Positions 39,373 through 49,734 of a DNA stretch of 64,000 bases are shown here, in pieces. Origin of the DNA: Candidatus Obscuribacteraceae bacterium (GTDB taxonomy: Bacteria; Cyanobacteriota; Vampirovibrionia; Obscuribacterales; Obscuribacteraceae); NCBI GenBank assembly GCA_044226015.1, contig JBGAHS010000002.1, positions 819,435 through 883,434 of the forward strand. The letters run 5' to 3'. The position numbers and the translations under genes are program-made. Numbering within the stretch: the stretch's first letter is position 1; every line of letters begins with the position of its first letter. The notes under the pieces are model-generated. The model searched no databases and was not told the origin of the DNA. It saw only the letters and a program-made list of their open reading frames with translations.

Positions 39373-40569
39373 CTAGTGCTTGCTCACACTTGCACCATCT
39401 ACAGCTGAGCAAATGTGAACTTCCTCTGGCTTACTGAACGCATCAAAGTAGTCGCGCTTCAAGCGCTCTCTTAAAGGTTCAATAGCATCGGTCTTAACTA
39501 ATGCCACAACACATCCACCAAAGCCGGCACCAGTCATTCGAGCACCAAAAACCCCTTCCTGATTTCTCGCGATATCAACAATGCTATCAAGCTCAGGACA
39601 GCTCACTTGAAAATCATTCCGCAAAGACTCATGCGACTCATACATCAAAGATCCGAACACTGCAAGATCCTTACTATTTAGAGCTGCAACAGCATCTAGC
39701 ACCCTCTGGTTTTCATAAACAACATGCTTACATCGTTTTGCTACGATAGGCGAAAGCTCAGTAGAATAGCGGTCGAAATCAGCAACACAAACATCGCGCA
39801 AGCTGTTCAATACTCCTCTATTCATTAACCGCGTAAATCGCTCGACACCCTGACGACATTCTTCTCTGCGCTTATTGTATTCGCTGTCGACGAGACCGCG
39901 GCGCACTCCGGAGTTAATGACTAAAATTGACGCACCCAGTGATTCAAGACTTAATGGAACAATCTTGAATTCAAGCGAACGACAATCCAAAAAAATAGCG
40001 CTATCAACTGCTCCGGCAGCCGAGGCGAATTGATCCATGATGCCACACTTAACACCAATGTATTCGTTCTCTGCTTTCTGCGCCAACCTTGCAATATCGG
40101 CAAGACCCATGTTCACAGAGCCAAAATGATTCATAAGTTTCACTACAGCAACTTCGTATGCAGCCGATGAACTCAGCCCTGCGCCCTGCGGAACATTGCC
40201 GCTTAAGACAGCGCGGAATCCGCAGATTGGATATCCGGCATCACGCAAAATTTTTAATACACCACGAAGATAATTGACCCACTGATGCTGAGAACGAGTA
40301 TTCAGATCATCCAAATTAAACTGCACTAGCTGAGCATAGTCGATCGAATACACTTCAACTTCAGGCTTTTCGGTCTTACTTGCTGCAATAAGCATTTCGC
40401 GATCAATTGCAGCGGGAAAAACAAACCCCTCGTTGTAATCAGTATGCTCGCCAATCAAGTTGACGCGCCCTGGAGCTCGCGCCACCATATCTGGAGCCAC
40501 ACCATAGCGCGATTCGAACTCAGAAATGACTGCAAGCTGTCGGCTTTCTACTTTGCTATTGGATACCAT
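39373..40569 (-). CDS. galK: Galactokinase
   Basis: APGRVNLIGEHTDYNEGFV, VPQGAGLSSSAA, CGIMDQ, GARMTGAGFGGC. Confidence 0.95.
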   Translation of the reverse strand: MVSNSKVESRQLAVISEFESRYGVAPDMVARAPGRVNLIGEHTDYNEGFVFPAAIDREMLIAASKTEKPEVEVYSIDYAQLVQFNLDDLNTRSQHQWVNYLRGVLKILRDAGYPICGFRAVLSGNVPQGAGLSSSAAYEVAVVKLMNHFGSVNMGLADIARLAQKAENEYIGVKCGIMDQFASAAGAVDSAIFLDCRSLEFKIVPLSLESLGASILVINSGVRRGLVDSEYNKRREECRQGVERFTRLMNRGVLNSLRDVCVADFDRYSTELSPIVAKRCKHVVYENQRVLDAVAALNSKDLAVFGSLMYESHESLRNDFQVSCPELDSIVDIARNQEGVFGARMTGAGFGGCVVALVKTDAIEPLRERLKRDYFDAFSKPEEVHICSAVDGASVSKH

Positions 40570-40696
40570 GTCAAAGCTCCCGACTAACTATTATGCATTC
40601 TCTGGAAAAAAAATTGCTCAGTCGATTTAATGAACTCAAAAAATCTGAGCGAATCTTTATTGAAATGTAGTCGACAAGCTAAACTCAGAACAAGCG

Positions 40697-43600
40697 TTAG
40701 AAGGAGAACAGGAATTCCAAATCTTCCCGCGTCAATTCTTTGGCAATTGACTCATCATCGCCGATAACCATATCGGCGAGTTCTTTCTTCTTCTGCTGCA
40801 ACGCAATAATTTTCTCTTCTACAGTTCCACGAGTAATCAACTTGTAATTGAATACATGTCTCGTTTGACCAATTCTGTGCGCTCGGTCTGTTGCCTGGCT
40901 CTCTACAGCAGGGTTCCACCATGGGTCATAATGGATGACATAGTCCGCACCGGTCAGGTTCAACCCTGTACCACCAGCTTTTAGACTGATCAAGAATATC
41001 GGAATAGACTGGTCCTCATTGAAGCGATTGACGCGATCTAACCTTTCCTTCGCTGGTACCTGACCGTCAATGTACTCATAAGTGAGCTTGCTCTTCTCAA
41101 GCTCAACCCGAATCAATGAAAGCATCTCGACGAACTGACTGAAAATGAGTATTTTATGACCGGCATCTGCAATTTCAGTAATCATCGCAAGCAACGAAGC
41201 CAGCTTAGCAGACGGTGGCACAGCAGTTTTCTCGTCTCTGTTCTTCAGCAAGCGAGGGTCGCAGCAAACCTGGCGAAGTCGCAACAATGCAGCGAGCACT
41301 GAAATCGATGAACGACCAAATCCGCGAGAAGCAATTTCACCAAATACTTTCTGACGGCAATCATCCAGCACATCCAGGTACAGTGCACGTTGCTCGTCGT
41401 CCATTTCACACTGGCTAATGATGTCAGTACGCGGAGGAAGTTCCTTTTCGACCTGACTCTTCAAGCGTCGCATTATAAATGGATGAACAATCTTACGCAG
41501 CTTCTGTCCTGACTCACCGAGCCCAGCTTCGATTGGGCGCTCGAAATTGTCATTGAAATCTCGATACGTTCCCAAAAATTCAGGCATCAAGAAATCAAAC
41601 AAAGACCAGAGTTCTTTCAGCCTGTTCTCAACTGGAGTACCTGAGAGACAAACGCGATGCAATGCCTTTAAGCTCTTGGACGCGACAGCCCCTACCGACT
41701 CTGGGTTTTTGATGTTCTGTGCTTCATCGAGCACCAGATAATCGAATTGAATCTCTTTCAACTGTTCGTAGTCACGTCGGATGATTCCATACGTAGTAAA
41801 AATTACGTCGGGGAGATTTGCAGCGCCCTTCTTAAGCCTCTGCAAGAGCTCACCACGTTCTCTTCCGAGGAAAAGCGCAGTCGAAAGCTTGGGGCTGAAC
41901 TTTTCAGCTTCAGCCAACCAGTTATAAACCACTGATGTAGGTGCCACCACGAGCGATGGCGCACGCTTCTTGCCATTAGTATGATGCGACAAGAGTAAAA
42001 CGAGAGCTTGAATTGTTTTTCCGAGACCCATGTCATCGGCAAGAATTCCTGCAAGCCCGTATTCGCGAAGGAAAGACAACCAGTTGTAGCCTTCTCGCTG
42101 GTACTCACGCAGGCTTCCCTGAAATGATTTGGGAATTGGCATTGGCGCAAGCTCTTTGAAGTTGCGCAGCTTATGAATGAATTCTTTGAACCCTTCGCTT
42201 GCTTCGATTTCGATGCCTTGTGTTTCAAGCAAATGGGCAATCGGCAAAGCTTGGTAAAGAGGACGCACTGGCTCTTTGCTCGCACCGACCCCTTTCAAAA
42301 CTGCAAGAAGAGTTGCGACTGGCAAACGAACGAAAGAACCAGCCTCCAACTTCAAATAGTTCCTGTTCTTAAAGACTGATTCAAGAACCTGTGGAAGAGT
42401 CAGCTTCACACCTGTAGCAGTGATGGCTTGCAAATCAAACTCGAAATTATAAGAGTCTTTCTGAAGCGATAACACCGCCTTCAGCTTGACTGCGTCGCGC
42501 TCTACCTTGTAATACTTCAGTGTTTCAAGACCAGTGATTTCCCAGTCAGAACTGTCTTCAGAACATGTGTAGTAAAGCGCATCAAGAGCCGGTTCTTCAT
42601 TGAAGAAAAATCTATCAGCCAGAGTACGGGTAGGCTGCAGGTTGGTCAAGAAGCGCCTCAGTTGCCCTTCTTGTTCCCAGGTTCGCTTCACCCAAACACT
42701 CTGACCGGTATCAGTGACGGTGCGGGTATAAGGTTCAGACTCTACCGCACTTGTCTCATCTCTCGATGGCATAACAAGGTCGCCATATCTAAAACCAAGA
42801 ATCACTTCCAGGTCAGGAGGCTGATTTGTGATGTTCGGGTTGTTTCTGTTTGCAGACCTTTCAGCAACTTTGATAGAGGCTTTTGGTGGCTCAGTGATAG
42901 CCATAGGAAATGGCGCAGCACTTTCATCAAGTTCCACATCCATTCTCTTTTTCAGAATTGGTAAGTCCACTGAAAGAAACTTCGGTACAGTCTCAAGCTT
43001 GACTGTCATGTGCCCGTGCGAGTCAAAGAACTGGAAGAGTCGGTGAATTGCACCAAGATCTATTGGGTAGAAAACCTGTTTGGACATTACCCACGATGGT
43101 TGCCCGAGAAAGAAGACAGCCTCAGTAAGCGGCTCTTCATCAGGTCCAATCGCAGAAAGCAGAATGGAAAGTTCACCACTTTCTGTTTCTGTTATTTTGA
43201 TTTTCGGCTTTGCCTGCTGCGCCGAAAAACTCATCGGCGTTCCATCAGAGGCATTAACCAGATTGCAGCAAAGTCCTAGCTGTGCCAGCACAACACCCTC
43301 ATCACCGCGAGGTATGCGATGTCCGCCCGCGGGTCCTTTTGTTGATTGCGGAAGCTGCAAAAGATATTTCACTAGAGTATGAATGCGACTTCCATCTTCG
43401 AGGAAGTTCAACATAGGCTCTGGGACTTTTAGTATGTTCACTTTGCCATGAACTTCATCGGGCAAAGTTCCAACAATAAAAGCCAGCGGTTTTTCGAGAA
43501 CCAGCACGCCCATTGTAAAGTCACGCTGTATGTTGTTTGCCGCAAGCTCTGTCAAAGCGACCTTCGGGTCTTCCAGAAGATCCTTCGCGCGCGGACCGTG

Positions 43601-43954
43601 CTCTTGCGTTGGCTCTTTCAAAGAATCGCCCGTGTCAAACCTGATGCCAGGAAAACTTCGAGCGATGTGAGTCAAAACGACAGAAACTGAATGCTTGCAA
43701 ATCTCTTCAAAGTAAGGACATGAACAAACAGCTTTGAAGTTATCATTCGGTTCAACCGTCACCGTAATCTTGTATGGCTGCGGCTCAGAGCCTATGACCA
43801 GAGCCTCTACTTGCGCACCGTCATTCTGCTCTTCGTATTTCAAAACTTTTTTGCGGCGCCAGTACTGAACACCCCGACGATAGACGGGAGGACTTGCAGC
43901 GTCCTGCAGAGCCTGGAGCGATATGGTTGCTCTTTTGCTGGATACGGGCTTCAT
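40697..43954 (-). CDS. SWIM zinc-finger SNF2-family helicase
   Basis: SWIM CSCP...CKH; LREYQ, ILADDMGLGKTIQ, LDEAQNIKN, LSGTPVEN, LKAGGTGLNL, WWNPAVESQATDRAHRIGQ. Confidence 0.93.
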   Translation of the reverse strand: MKPVSSKRATISLQALQDAASPPVYRRGVQYWRRKKVLKYEEQNDGAQVEALVIGSEPQPYKITVTVEPNDNFKAVCSCPYFEEICKHSVSVVLTHIARSFPGIRFDTGDSLKEPTQEHGPRAKDLLEDPKVALTELAANNIQRDFTMGVLVLEKPLAFIVGTLPDEVHGKVNILKVPEPMLNFLEDGSRIHTLVKYLLQLPQSTKGPAGGHRIPRGDEGVVLAQLGLCCNLVNASDGTPMSFSAQQAKPKIKITETESGELSILLSAIGPDEEPLTEAVFFLGQPSWVMSKQVFYPIDLGAIHRLFQFFDSHGHMTVKLETVPKFLSVDLPILKKRMDVELDESAAPFPMAITEPPKASIKVAERSANRNNPNITNQPPDLEVILGFRYGDLVMPSRDETSAVESEPYTRTVTDTGQSVWVKRTWEQEGQLRRFLTNLQPTRTLADRFFFNEEPALDALYYTCSEDSSDWEITGLETLKYYKVERDAVKLKAVLSLQKDSYNFEFDLQAITATGVKLTLPQVLESVFKNRNYLKLEAGSFVRLPVATLLAVLKGVGASKEPVRPLYQALPIAHLLETQGIEIEASEGFKEFIHKLRNFKELAPMPIPKSFQGSLREYQREGYNWLSFLREYGLAGILADDMGLGKTIQALVLLLSHHTNGKKRAPSLVVAPTSVVYNWLAEAEKFSPKLSTALFLGRERGELLQRLKKGAANLPDVIFTTYGIIRRDYEQLKEIQFDYLVLDEAQNIKNPESVGAVASKSLKALHRVCLSGTPVENRLKELWSLFDFLMPEFLGTYRDFNDNFERPIEAGLGESGQKLRKIVHPFIMRRLKSQVEKELPPRTDIISQCEMDDEQRALYLDVLDDCRQKVFGEIASRGFGRSSISVLAALLRLRQVCCDPRLLKNRDEKTAVPPSAKLASLLAMITEIADAGHKILIFSQFVEMLSLIRVELEKSKLTYEYIDGQVPAKERLDRVNRFNEDQSIPIFLISLKAGGTGLNLTGADYVIHYDPWWNPAVESQATDRAHRIGQTRHVFNYKLITRGTVEEKIIALQQKKKELADMVIGDDESIAKELTREDLEFLFSF

Positions 43955-44070
43955 CAGCTTCGAAGAACTGCCTTAAATTACAGGATAAACACAGACTTCT
44001 CCCCGCTTCAATTCACAAAGAATTGAGCGTGGTTGGTCCCAGCGATTTAAAGCTTAGCATGTAATGCGCT

Positions 44071-45234
44071 TCAAGAGAATGTGGATTGTGAGGTTTGGTT
44101 CTCAGGAGGAGCGTAGGCTTCTGCCATTCCAGCTGCTCGCCCCGTCGGGGCCACTGGAGAACGCTGCTGAAGAAGGCGTTGCAACTCGGTCTGCCGCGCT
44201 TCCAGTTGAGCACAATACGTCTGCCAGACCTCTGCCTGCGAGCGCAGAACCCTTGCGTTGTGCGTTAGCTCAGGAAGAAGGCTTTCAACTTCACCTATTA
44301 AGGATGAGGCTTTGTGCAACGGTGGGCGGACAGAAATCTCGTCTTCGGCTCCTGGCGGAGGCGTCGGGTCATTCGGGTCAGCGATGAAAATGTCTTCTTT
44401 GATTTTGACAAGTGTTTCGCGTATGCGTAGCGCGCGCTGGTAGGCAAGCTCAGCTTCTTGTTCAAGCCATTCTTTGCGTTTTCGCTGAGAAGCAATGTCG
44501 GCATTGAGATGGTCGAGGGCTCTGCGCCTTAGTACCAGTTCAGACTCTTTGGAGTTGAGTTCTTTCTCACGCAACTCAAGAACTCGCTGACGCCAGAGAA
44601 TCATAACAATGAATGAACTTGCAAACCCTACCATCACAAGGGTCAGAAGAATGTAGCCTCTCTTCGACCCTCGCATTTCGGTCCAATTGCTGGCAACAGC
44701 TGAAAGCAAGTCTTCATGAAAAGCAGGGGGCACACCTCGAACGTAATATAGTCGCCCAATGGCGCGACCAGGAGGCTTGCTCAACTTAATAACATCGTCG
44801 ATGCGCGGTCCATTGTGCGAAAACTGTGACGCCAGCGGCGGAGGGTCGGTCAACAGGTCGTAAGGCTCTTTCAGCGATTGAAGATATTCAATGTTCAAAA
44901 GCGGCTGCCAGGACTCTTTCTGGTAAAAATTGCTCGTGCGAAAAAAGATTTCCTGCCCAGACGGGTCAGTCACGACCAGCCCAAATATGCCAAAGTTCGA
45001 ATTCAATACTTTTTGAACTTCATCTACCTTTCCAGCGAGAATCAGCTGCGAAAGGCAGGAAGGCAGAGTGTGATGAAGAATGTTGAAATCGACCGTCTGC
45101 ACTCGATGAATCGTGCCGTTCCAATAGCTTTCATAATGTGAACGACAGAAACCAAGCCACAGCAACAGCGAAACAATAATCACTGATGGGATCAGGAAGC
45201 GCTTTTGAATTGAAAGTACAAGCCGGTTCAACAT
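44071..45234 (-). CDS. Membrane protein: TM-extracytoplasmic domain-TM-coiled coil
   Basis: Two hydrophobic helices flanking YWNGTIHRVQTVDFNILHHTLP...GRLYYVRG; long heptad region after TM2. Confidence 0.75.
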   Translation of the reverse strand: MLNRLVLSIQKRFLIPSVIIVSLLLWLGFCRSHYESYWNGTIHRVQTVDFNILHHTLPSCLSQLILAGKVDEVQKVLNSNFGIFGLVVTDPSGQEIFFRTSNFYQKESWQPLLNIEYLQSLKEPYDLLTDPPPLASQFSHNGPRIDDVIKLSKPPGRAIGRLYYVRGVPPAFHEDLLSAVASNWTEMRGSKRGYILLTLVMVGFASSFIVMILWRQRVLELREKELNSKESELVLRRRALDHLNADIASQRKRKEWLEQEAELAYQRALRIRETLVKIKEDIFIADPNDPTPPPGAEDEISVRPPLHKASSLIGEVESLLPELTHNARVLRSQAEVWQTYCAQLEARQTELQRLLQQRSPVAPTGRAAGMAEAYAPPENQTSQSTFS

Positions 45235-45342
45235 GGTTTCCTGAGAATGCGGGTCATGAGGGATCTTACATTAGGGACAGAGAAAGTACATACGTATTTC
45301 CGCCCACCCTCCGGCAAAATCGGGATTTTCTTTGCAAAAAAT

Positions 45343-45368
45343 GCCCTTGAAAAACGCCCTTGAAAAAC
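45343..45368. repeat. Exact 13-bp tandem duplication GCCCTTGAAAAAC x2
   Basis: 45343-45355 and 45356-45368. Confidence 0.8.
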
Positions 45369-45406
45369 GCGTCTCCAGATTAATAATGCAGTTCCAGTTG
45401 GCTAAA

Positions 45407-45724
45407 TCAACCAGATATCAATCGATTGCCGTTGGAGTCTAGACCTAGTGCCTGTTGATTAGAATAGGATTCAGCCAGGCTTTGCTTGTTTTTTTCAAAG
45501 TCCAGAATCCACTGGCTAATCAAGCCACAGCCGGCGCAGCCCAGAGACTTCACACAGGAGTGTTTTGGGCTTCCGGCTTTGAATCGCTTGGCTGGATTCA
45601 TAGGTATACCGAAAAACGATTGTGACACCCATTCCATCAGCCCCCAACGGACAGAAACAAGCGGAAAAAAACCAATCTCTAGCAGCTGAACTGAGCCACA
45701 TCCAGGACATTTGTTTGTATGCAT
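45407..45724 (-). CDS. Small zinc-ribbon-like protein
   Basis: KCPGCGS ... CAGCGLI (two CxxC); AGAGGG RBS before ATG 45724. Confidence 0.55.
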   Translation of the reverse strand: MHTNKCPGCGSVQLLEIGFFPLVSVRWGLMEWVSQSFFGIPMNPAKRFKAGSPKHSCVKSLGCAGCGLISQWILDFEKNKQSLAESYSNQQALGLDSNGNRLISG

Positions 45725-45948
45725 ATTGCCCTCTGACCTTGCGGAACCTAGAAACAAAGCGGGTAGGGAGTCGCGCAAAGGCAATATTAAACGAACCCTG
45801 CAGTAACAACAATTATGAAGAATCCTTAAGGTTGAAAAGCGTTATGTCTTTTGATCCTACGGGTATTAATACTGTGTGCAGGAAACAGCTTGTGGAGAAC
45901 TCGTTATAGAGTCAAACAAATCCTAAAGCATAATACGTCTGACGCACT

Positions 45949-46158
45949 TAATACGCCATAGAGGCGCGACCCTACGCGGGTCACAAATATTGGCCGCCCC
46001 TTCGGGGGCGGCCTACCAATTTTAAAACGCTAAAACTGTGAGACAGCACCGGAAAGAACTGAAACGGTACCGGTTGAGTTCTGGGAAAAATCTGCGCCCT
46101 ACCGCCGTAGAAAAACCGGAGAACTGCATCGGTACCGGTTGAGTTCTGGGGAAAATCT
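45949..46158. repeat. Cluster of GTAG-type REP-like hairpins plus two ~45-bp palindromic direct repeats
   Basis: Minus strand: GTAGGCCGCCCC-CGAA-GGGGCGGCC, GTAGGGTCGCGCC, GTAGGGCGCAG; direct repeats ACCGG..GAACTG...CGGTACCGGTTGAGTTCTGGG.AAAATCT at 46048-46093 and 46115-46158. Confidence 0.65.
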
Positions 46159-46166
46159 CACCTAGA

Positions 46167-48158
46167 TCAAATCCACCCCAGAAGGTACTCGGTTTCGACC
46201 GATTTCCCTTTCCACATCAACACGTCACCAGAGCCGTTAAGCTCACTAATTACCTGATCAGTTATCGAAACAATGTTATCCCCTTCATGATGTTCATGCA
46301 AAAGCTTTTTCAATCTAAGCATCGTATCCAGACAGTCTTTCTTGTTACCCTCTAGGTAGCACCACTTCGCCAAACGCAACATTGCTTGTTCTTGCAAGAT
46401 TCTCCGCCCCCGCGATTTGCCAAGATCACACATTACACTATCGACAGCTTCATGGATGAATTTCTCAGCTTCTTTGGCACGTCCAGCTTCTTTGAGCACC
46501 TGGGCTTTCATCACATACATAGGCGAAACACCGCTTGGGTAAGCACCTTCATTCGACCCGAGCGGAATAAGGAGATCGAGATATTTCAAACTCCTTTCAA
46601 AGTCTTTCATTCGATATGCATTAACAGCGCAATAGGTGTAAAGATCGACCCGCCTGTTCAGCGTGTCGAGAACTCTATCAAGAGGAGCAGGAATTTGCAG
46701 GTACAGAAAACTGGAAGCCTCATCCTCAGACAATTGTCGATTTCTCAATATCCTATCAAGCAAGACCTTTTGCCCTTCAAGATCATTTCGCTTTAGCGCC
46801 AAAATCATTTCAGCTGTGTCACAGTAAACAGACTCAAAATAAGGTTTCACAGATTGAGTCGGAATGAGTTGCCTAGCCCGAATGATGGAAGCTTTCATGT
46901 CGTCTAAATCAGGACCCAAGATATCGATGACTCTCGCTCTCAAAATCCAGGCTGCAAATTTTAACCCTCTGTTCTTTTCGGTCAGCGGTCCAGATTCAAT
47001 TTCTTGAAATACGAGCTGTTCTCTGGTCTTAAATTTCTGCAGCAGCTTCGCTTCGGGCTGAGCAGGCAAGTCCTTAAAATCCTTCATTAGCTGAAGTAAC
47101 TGCGCCTCCAGAGATACAAATTTCACCCCTGAACCTTGCTGTATTCCCAACTTTACTTCAGCAGACTTTCTCGTATGCGCAAAATAGAAACAGATTGCAA
47201 GCGAGCTGACAAAACAGAAAGCAAGCACAGGAAAAATCGGAAAGCGTCGCGCGACTACAGCTGGCTGGTGAGCAGCAAAAGCCTCGCGTAGAAGCTTGAG
47301 AAATTCTTCTCCACTTCGCAAGCGCCGTTCGGGATTGCGAGCAAGAGCCCTATCAAACAAACGACGCACCGCCGGCGATACCTTGTTCAACAAAGGAGAA
47401 AGGTGTGCTACAGAATGATGAACCTTGTTATACTGCGTTGACAACTCCGAATCGCCCAGAAATGGCGGCTCACCGAAAACACATTCAAAAATAACACAGG
47501 CACATGAATAAAAATCTGAAGCCGGACCTGGCACCTCACCACGACATTGCTCTGGACTCATATAGGCAGGGCTGCCAGACAGCAACGTAGTTCTGGTCAG
47601 CCCAGCTGCCGAGCTTTCATCTTTTTCTTCAATTTCTCTTGCTATGCCGAAATCCAGAAGTTTAGCCACATAGACACCTGCATCTTCCGAAATCATGATG
47701 TTGCTTGGCTTAATGTCACGATGAATTATTCTGTTTTCGTGAGCATACTGAAGGGCATTAATGATTTGCTGAAAAATCAGATAAATAAGCTCAGGAGCCA
47801 GACGCCCATCTCGCTTTAGAATTGTCTGCAGAGATTCTCCTTCCAGATATTCACAAACCAGAAACGGAGCTGAATTTGCATTTACCCCAACTTGAAACAA
47901 GCGCACTATGTTTGGATGCTCTAGTTTTTTTGCCAGAGTTTGAGCCTCGCGTTTCATACGCTCAGCCTGCTTTTTCATCTCCTCGGAATCTTCGTTTTTG
48001 AGAATCTTCAATGCAACTATGCGGTCAAGATTTGCAGAGCGAGCCTTATACACCACCCCATGAGCGCCCTCACCCAGTGGCGCTATTACGGAAAACCCAA
48101 GCGGCATATTGGGCACTTCCACGAAGCTTTGCGGTTTAATTTTCCCAGGCTCTTCCAT
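46167..48158 (-). CDS. Hanks-type Ser/Thr kinase with TM helix and helical/TPR-like C-terminus
   Basis: LGEGAHGVVY, VALKIL, HRDIKPSN, DFG, YMSPEQ; TM FPIFPVLAFCFVSSLAICFYF. Confidence 0.92.
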   Translation of the reverse strand: MEEPGKIKPQSFVEVPNMPLGFSVIAPLGEGAHGVVYKARSANLDRIVALKILKNEDSEEMKKQAERMKREAQTLAKKLEHPNIVRLFQVGVNANSAPFLVCEYLEGESLQTILKRDGRLAPELIYLIFQQIINALQYAHENRIIHRDIKPSNIMISEDAGVYVAKLLDFGIAREIEEKDESSAAGLTRTTLLSGSPAYMSPEQCRGEVPGPASDFYSCACVIFECVFGEPPFLGDSELSTQYNKVHHSVAHLSPLLNKVSPAVRRLFDRALARNPERRLRSGEEFLKLLREAFAAHQPAVVARRFPIFPVLAFCFVSSLAICFYFAHTRKSAEVKLGIQQGSGVKFVSLEAQLLQLMKDFKDLPAQPEAKLLQKFKTREQLVFQEIESGPLTEKNRGLKFAAWILRARVIDILGPDLDDMKASIIRARQLIPTQSVKPYFESVYCDTAEMILALKRNDLEGQKVLLDRILRNRQLSEDEASSFLYLQIPAPLDRVLDTLNRRVDLYTYCAVNAYRMKDFERSLKYLDLLIPLGSNEGAYPSGVSPMYVMKAQVLKEAGRAKEAEKFIHEAVDSVMCDLGKSRGRRILQEQAMLRLAKWCYLEGNKKDCLDTMLRLKKLLHEHHEGDNIVSITDQVISELNGSGDVLMWKGKSVETEYLLGWI

Positions 48159-48166
48159 TCTTCATC

Positions 48167-49597
48167 TCAACGAAACATCTGCATCAAAACGAATGTCAGA
48201 GTCAAAACCAAAACCAACACTGTGAAAACTTGGGAAGCTTGTTTATAAGCTCCTACAGCCTCGCTTTTGGTTCTTGCGCGGTAATACGTTCCTTTAATTG
48301 ACTCTACAGAACCATCCAGCGATGCAATTCCGGTCGGCACTTCTTCTTCGAGACTGACAAGCTCATGACCGCTTGCAGCAGAAGCAGCTTGCGATGGTGC
48401 CATAAATAGCTGCGCTAAAGCGGAGTTCGACGCTGACTTCTTAGTAGGCGCCTTCTCACTTGCTACTGGTTCTGTGCCTTTTCGCTGCGCGACATTCACC
48501 CCACCTTTGACCTTACTTCTAGGCCGCTTGGGGTTATGATGGAACGGACCCTGATCAACTAATTCACCGGAAGCCGCAATCAACTCACTTGAACCTGGGT
48601 CTGGCGAAGCATCAAAAACAACTATCTGCCTGGACGATTCTTCCTGATCAACAGGAAGCAACTCTGCAAAATCATCGGGCACTAATAAGTCTGTTCCGAA
48701 GCCGGGCAAATCAGATAGACTGCAGCCCGCAAGATAGCGCAGCTTTCTTGCGGCATCTTTTACAGCAGCTAACTCATGCGCCTCTAGCAAGAAGAACATA
48801 CGTGATGACGCAGGATTTGTGAGGTCAGACTTGCGAAATAACAAAGCATCGTTACCGCAAGAAAAATCGTCCCACAATTCAGGAGCATGTTTCAAAATCT
48901 CAACGCTCAAGTATATGAGCCATGCTGAAAAATTATCCAAGCGCTCATCAAAATCACTTTGCGAGCGCCCCGGATGCTGATAGGCTCCATGCCCTAGCTC
49001 GTTACTTTGCAATCCACGCAATTCAGGAACAAACATCGCATCATAATCAACAATCTTAATTGCGTCGCCATCTATCAAAATATTTCCATGCTGCAAGTCA
49101 CCATGAGCGATACCACACGCCTGCATCGAAGTCACAATTCTTGCGAACTCATTCTGAAATTTCTGCAGCCTCGCTGGATTGCTCTTTGCCTCAGCCAGCC
49201 AGCGCTCGAGAGTTTCCCCTGCACACCATTGCATTTTTAGCAATGGCATCCATTTGCCATGAACGAGTATTCCTTTTGCCTGCAATTCGAAATCAACAGC
49301 AAACGGAAACTTTGCCTTTTCCAAAGCGCCGCAAATTGCCGTATAGCGGTCAATCAAATCTGGAGTTTGACGCAGGAAGCACCGAGCAGCCCATGACTTA
49401 CCACTCTTACGAATCTGGTAGACACTTGCAAACATTCCGCTATAAGGACGCGGCAAACCCAGCGCATCGAGCTCAGGATTAGCCGTCGCCAGCTCAGCAT
49501 CACGAAAGCTGTGCAAGGGATTTTGCACAGCCTCATTGTAATCTTGAGGACTGGGCCACGAAGACGGAATTTTTCCCGACGGAATCTGTTCGTCCAA
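48167..49597 (-). CDS. Atypical protein kinase of the TerY-P triad (YegI-like) with C-terminal membrane anchor
   Basis: WPSPQDYNEAVQNP, SGMFASVY, WAARCF, HGDLQHGNIL, VDYDAMFVP, ELGH..YQHP; C-terminal VFTVLVLVLTLTFVLM. Confidence 0.75.
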   Translation of the reverse strand: MDEQIPSGKIPSSWPSPQDYNEAVQNPLHSFRDAELATANPELDALGLPRPYSGMFASVYQIRKSGKSWAARCFLRQTPDLIDRYTAICGALEKAKFPFAVDFELQAKGILVHGKWMPLLKMQWCAGETLERWLAEAKSNPARLQKFQNEFARIVTSMQACGIAHGDLQHGNILIDGDAIKIVDYDAMFVPELRGLQSNELGHGAYQHPGRSQSDFDERLDNFSAWLIYLSVEILKHAPELWDDFSCGNDALLFRKSDLTNPASSRMFFLLEAHELAAVKDAARKLRYLAGCSLSDLPGFGTDLLVPDDFAELLPVDQEESSRQIVVFDASPDPGSSELIAASGELVDQGPFHHNPKRPRSKVKGGVNVAQRKGTEPVASEKAPTKKSASNSALAQLFMAPSQAASAASGHELVSLEEEVPTGIASLDGSVESIKGTYYRARTKSEAVGAYKQASQVFTVLVLVLTLTFVLMQMFR

Positions 49598-49734
49598 GCT
49601 TCGGCGTGCCCCTGCGTAATATCTGGTGTTACATATTACAACTTACCCAAAGTTTTCTTCGTTCATCCAGATCCACTTGACTCGAATAATCGGGGATAAT
49701 CAATGAATTAAGAACTTATCTGGGGAAGACAAGT

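Noticed and set aside
46048..46158. CRISPR array or group II intron domain V/VI
   Set aside because: Only two imperfect copies with a 21-bp spacer; no foldable domain V and no reverse transcriptase ORF
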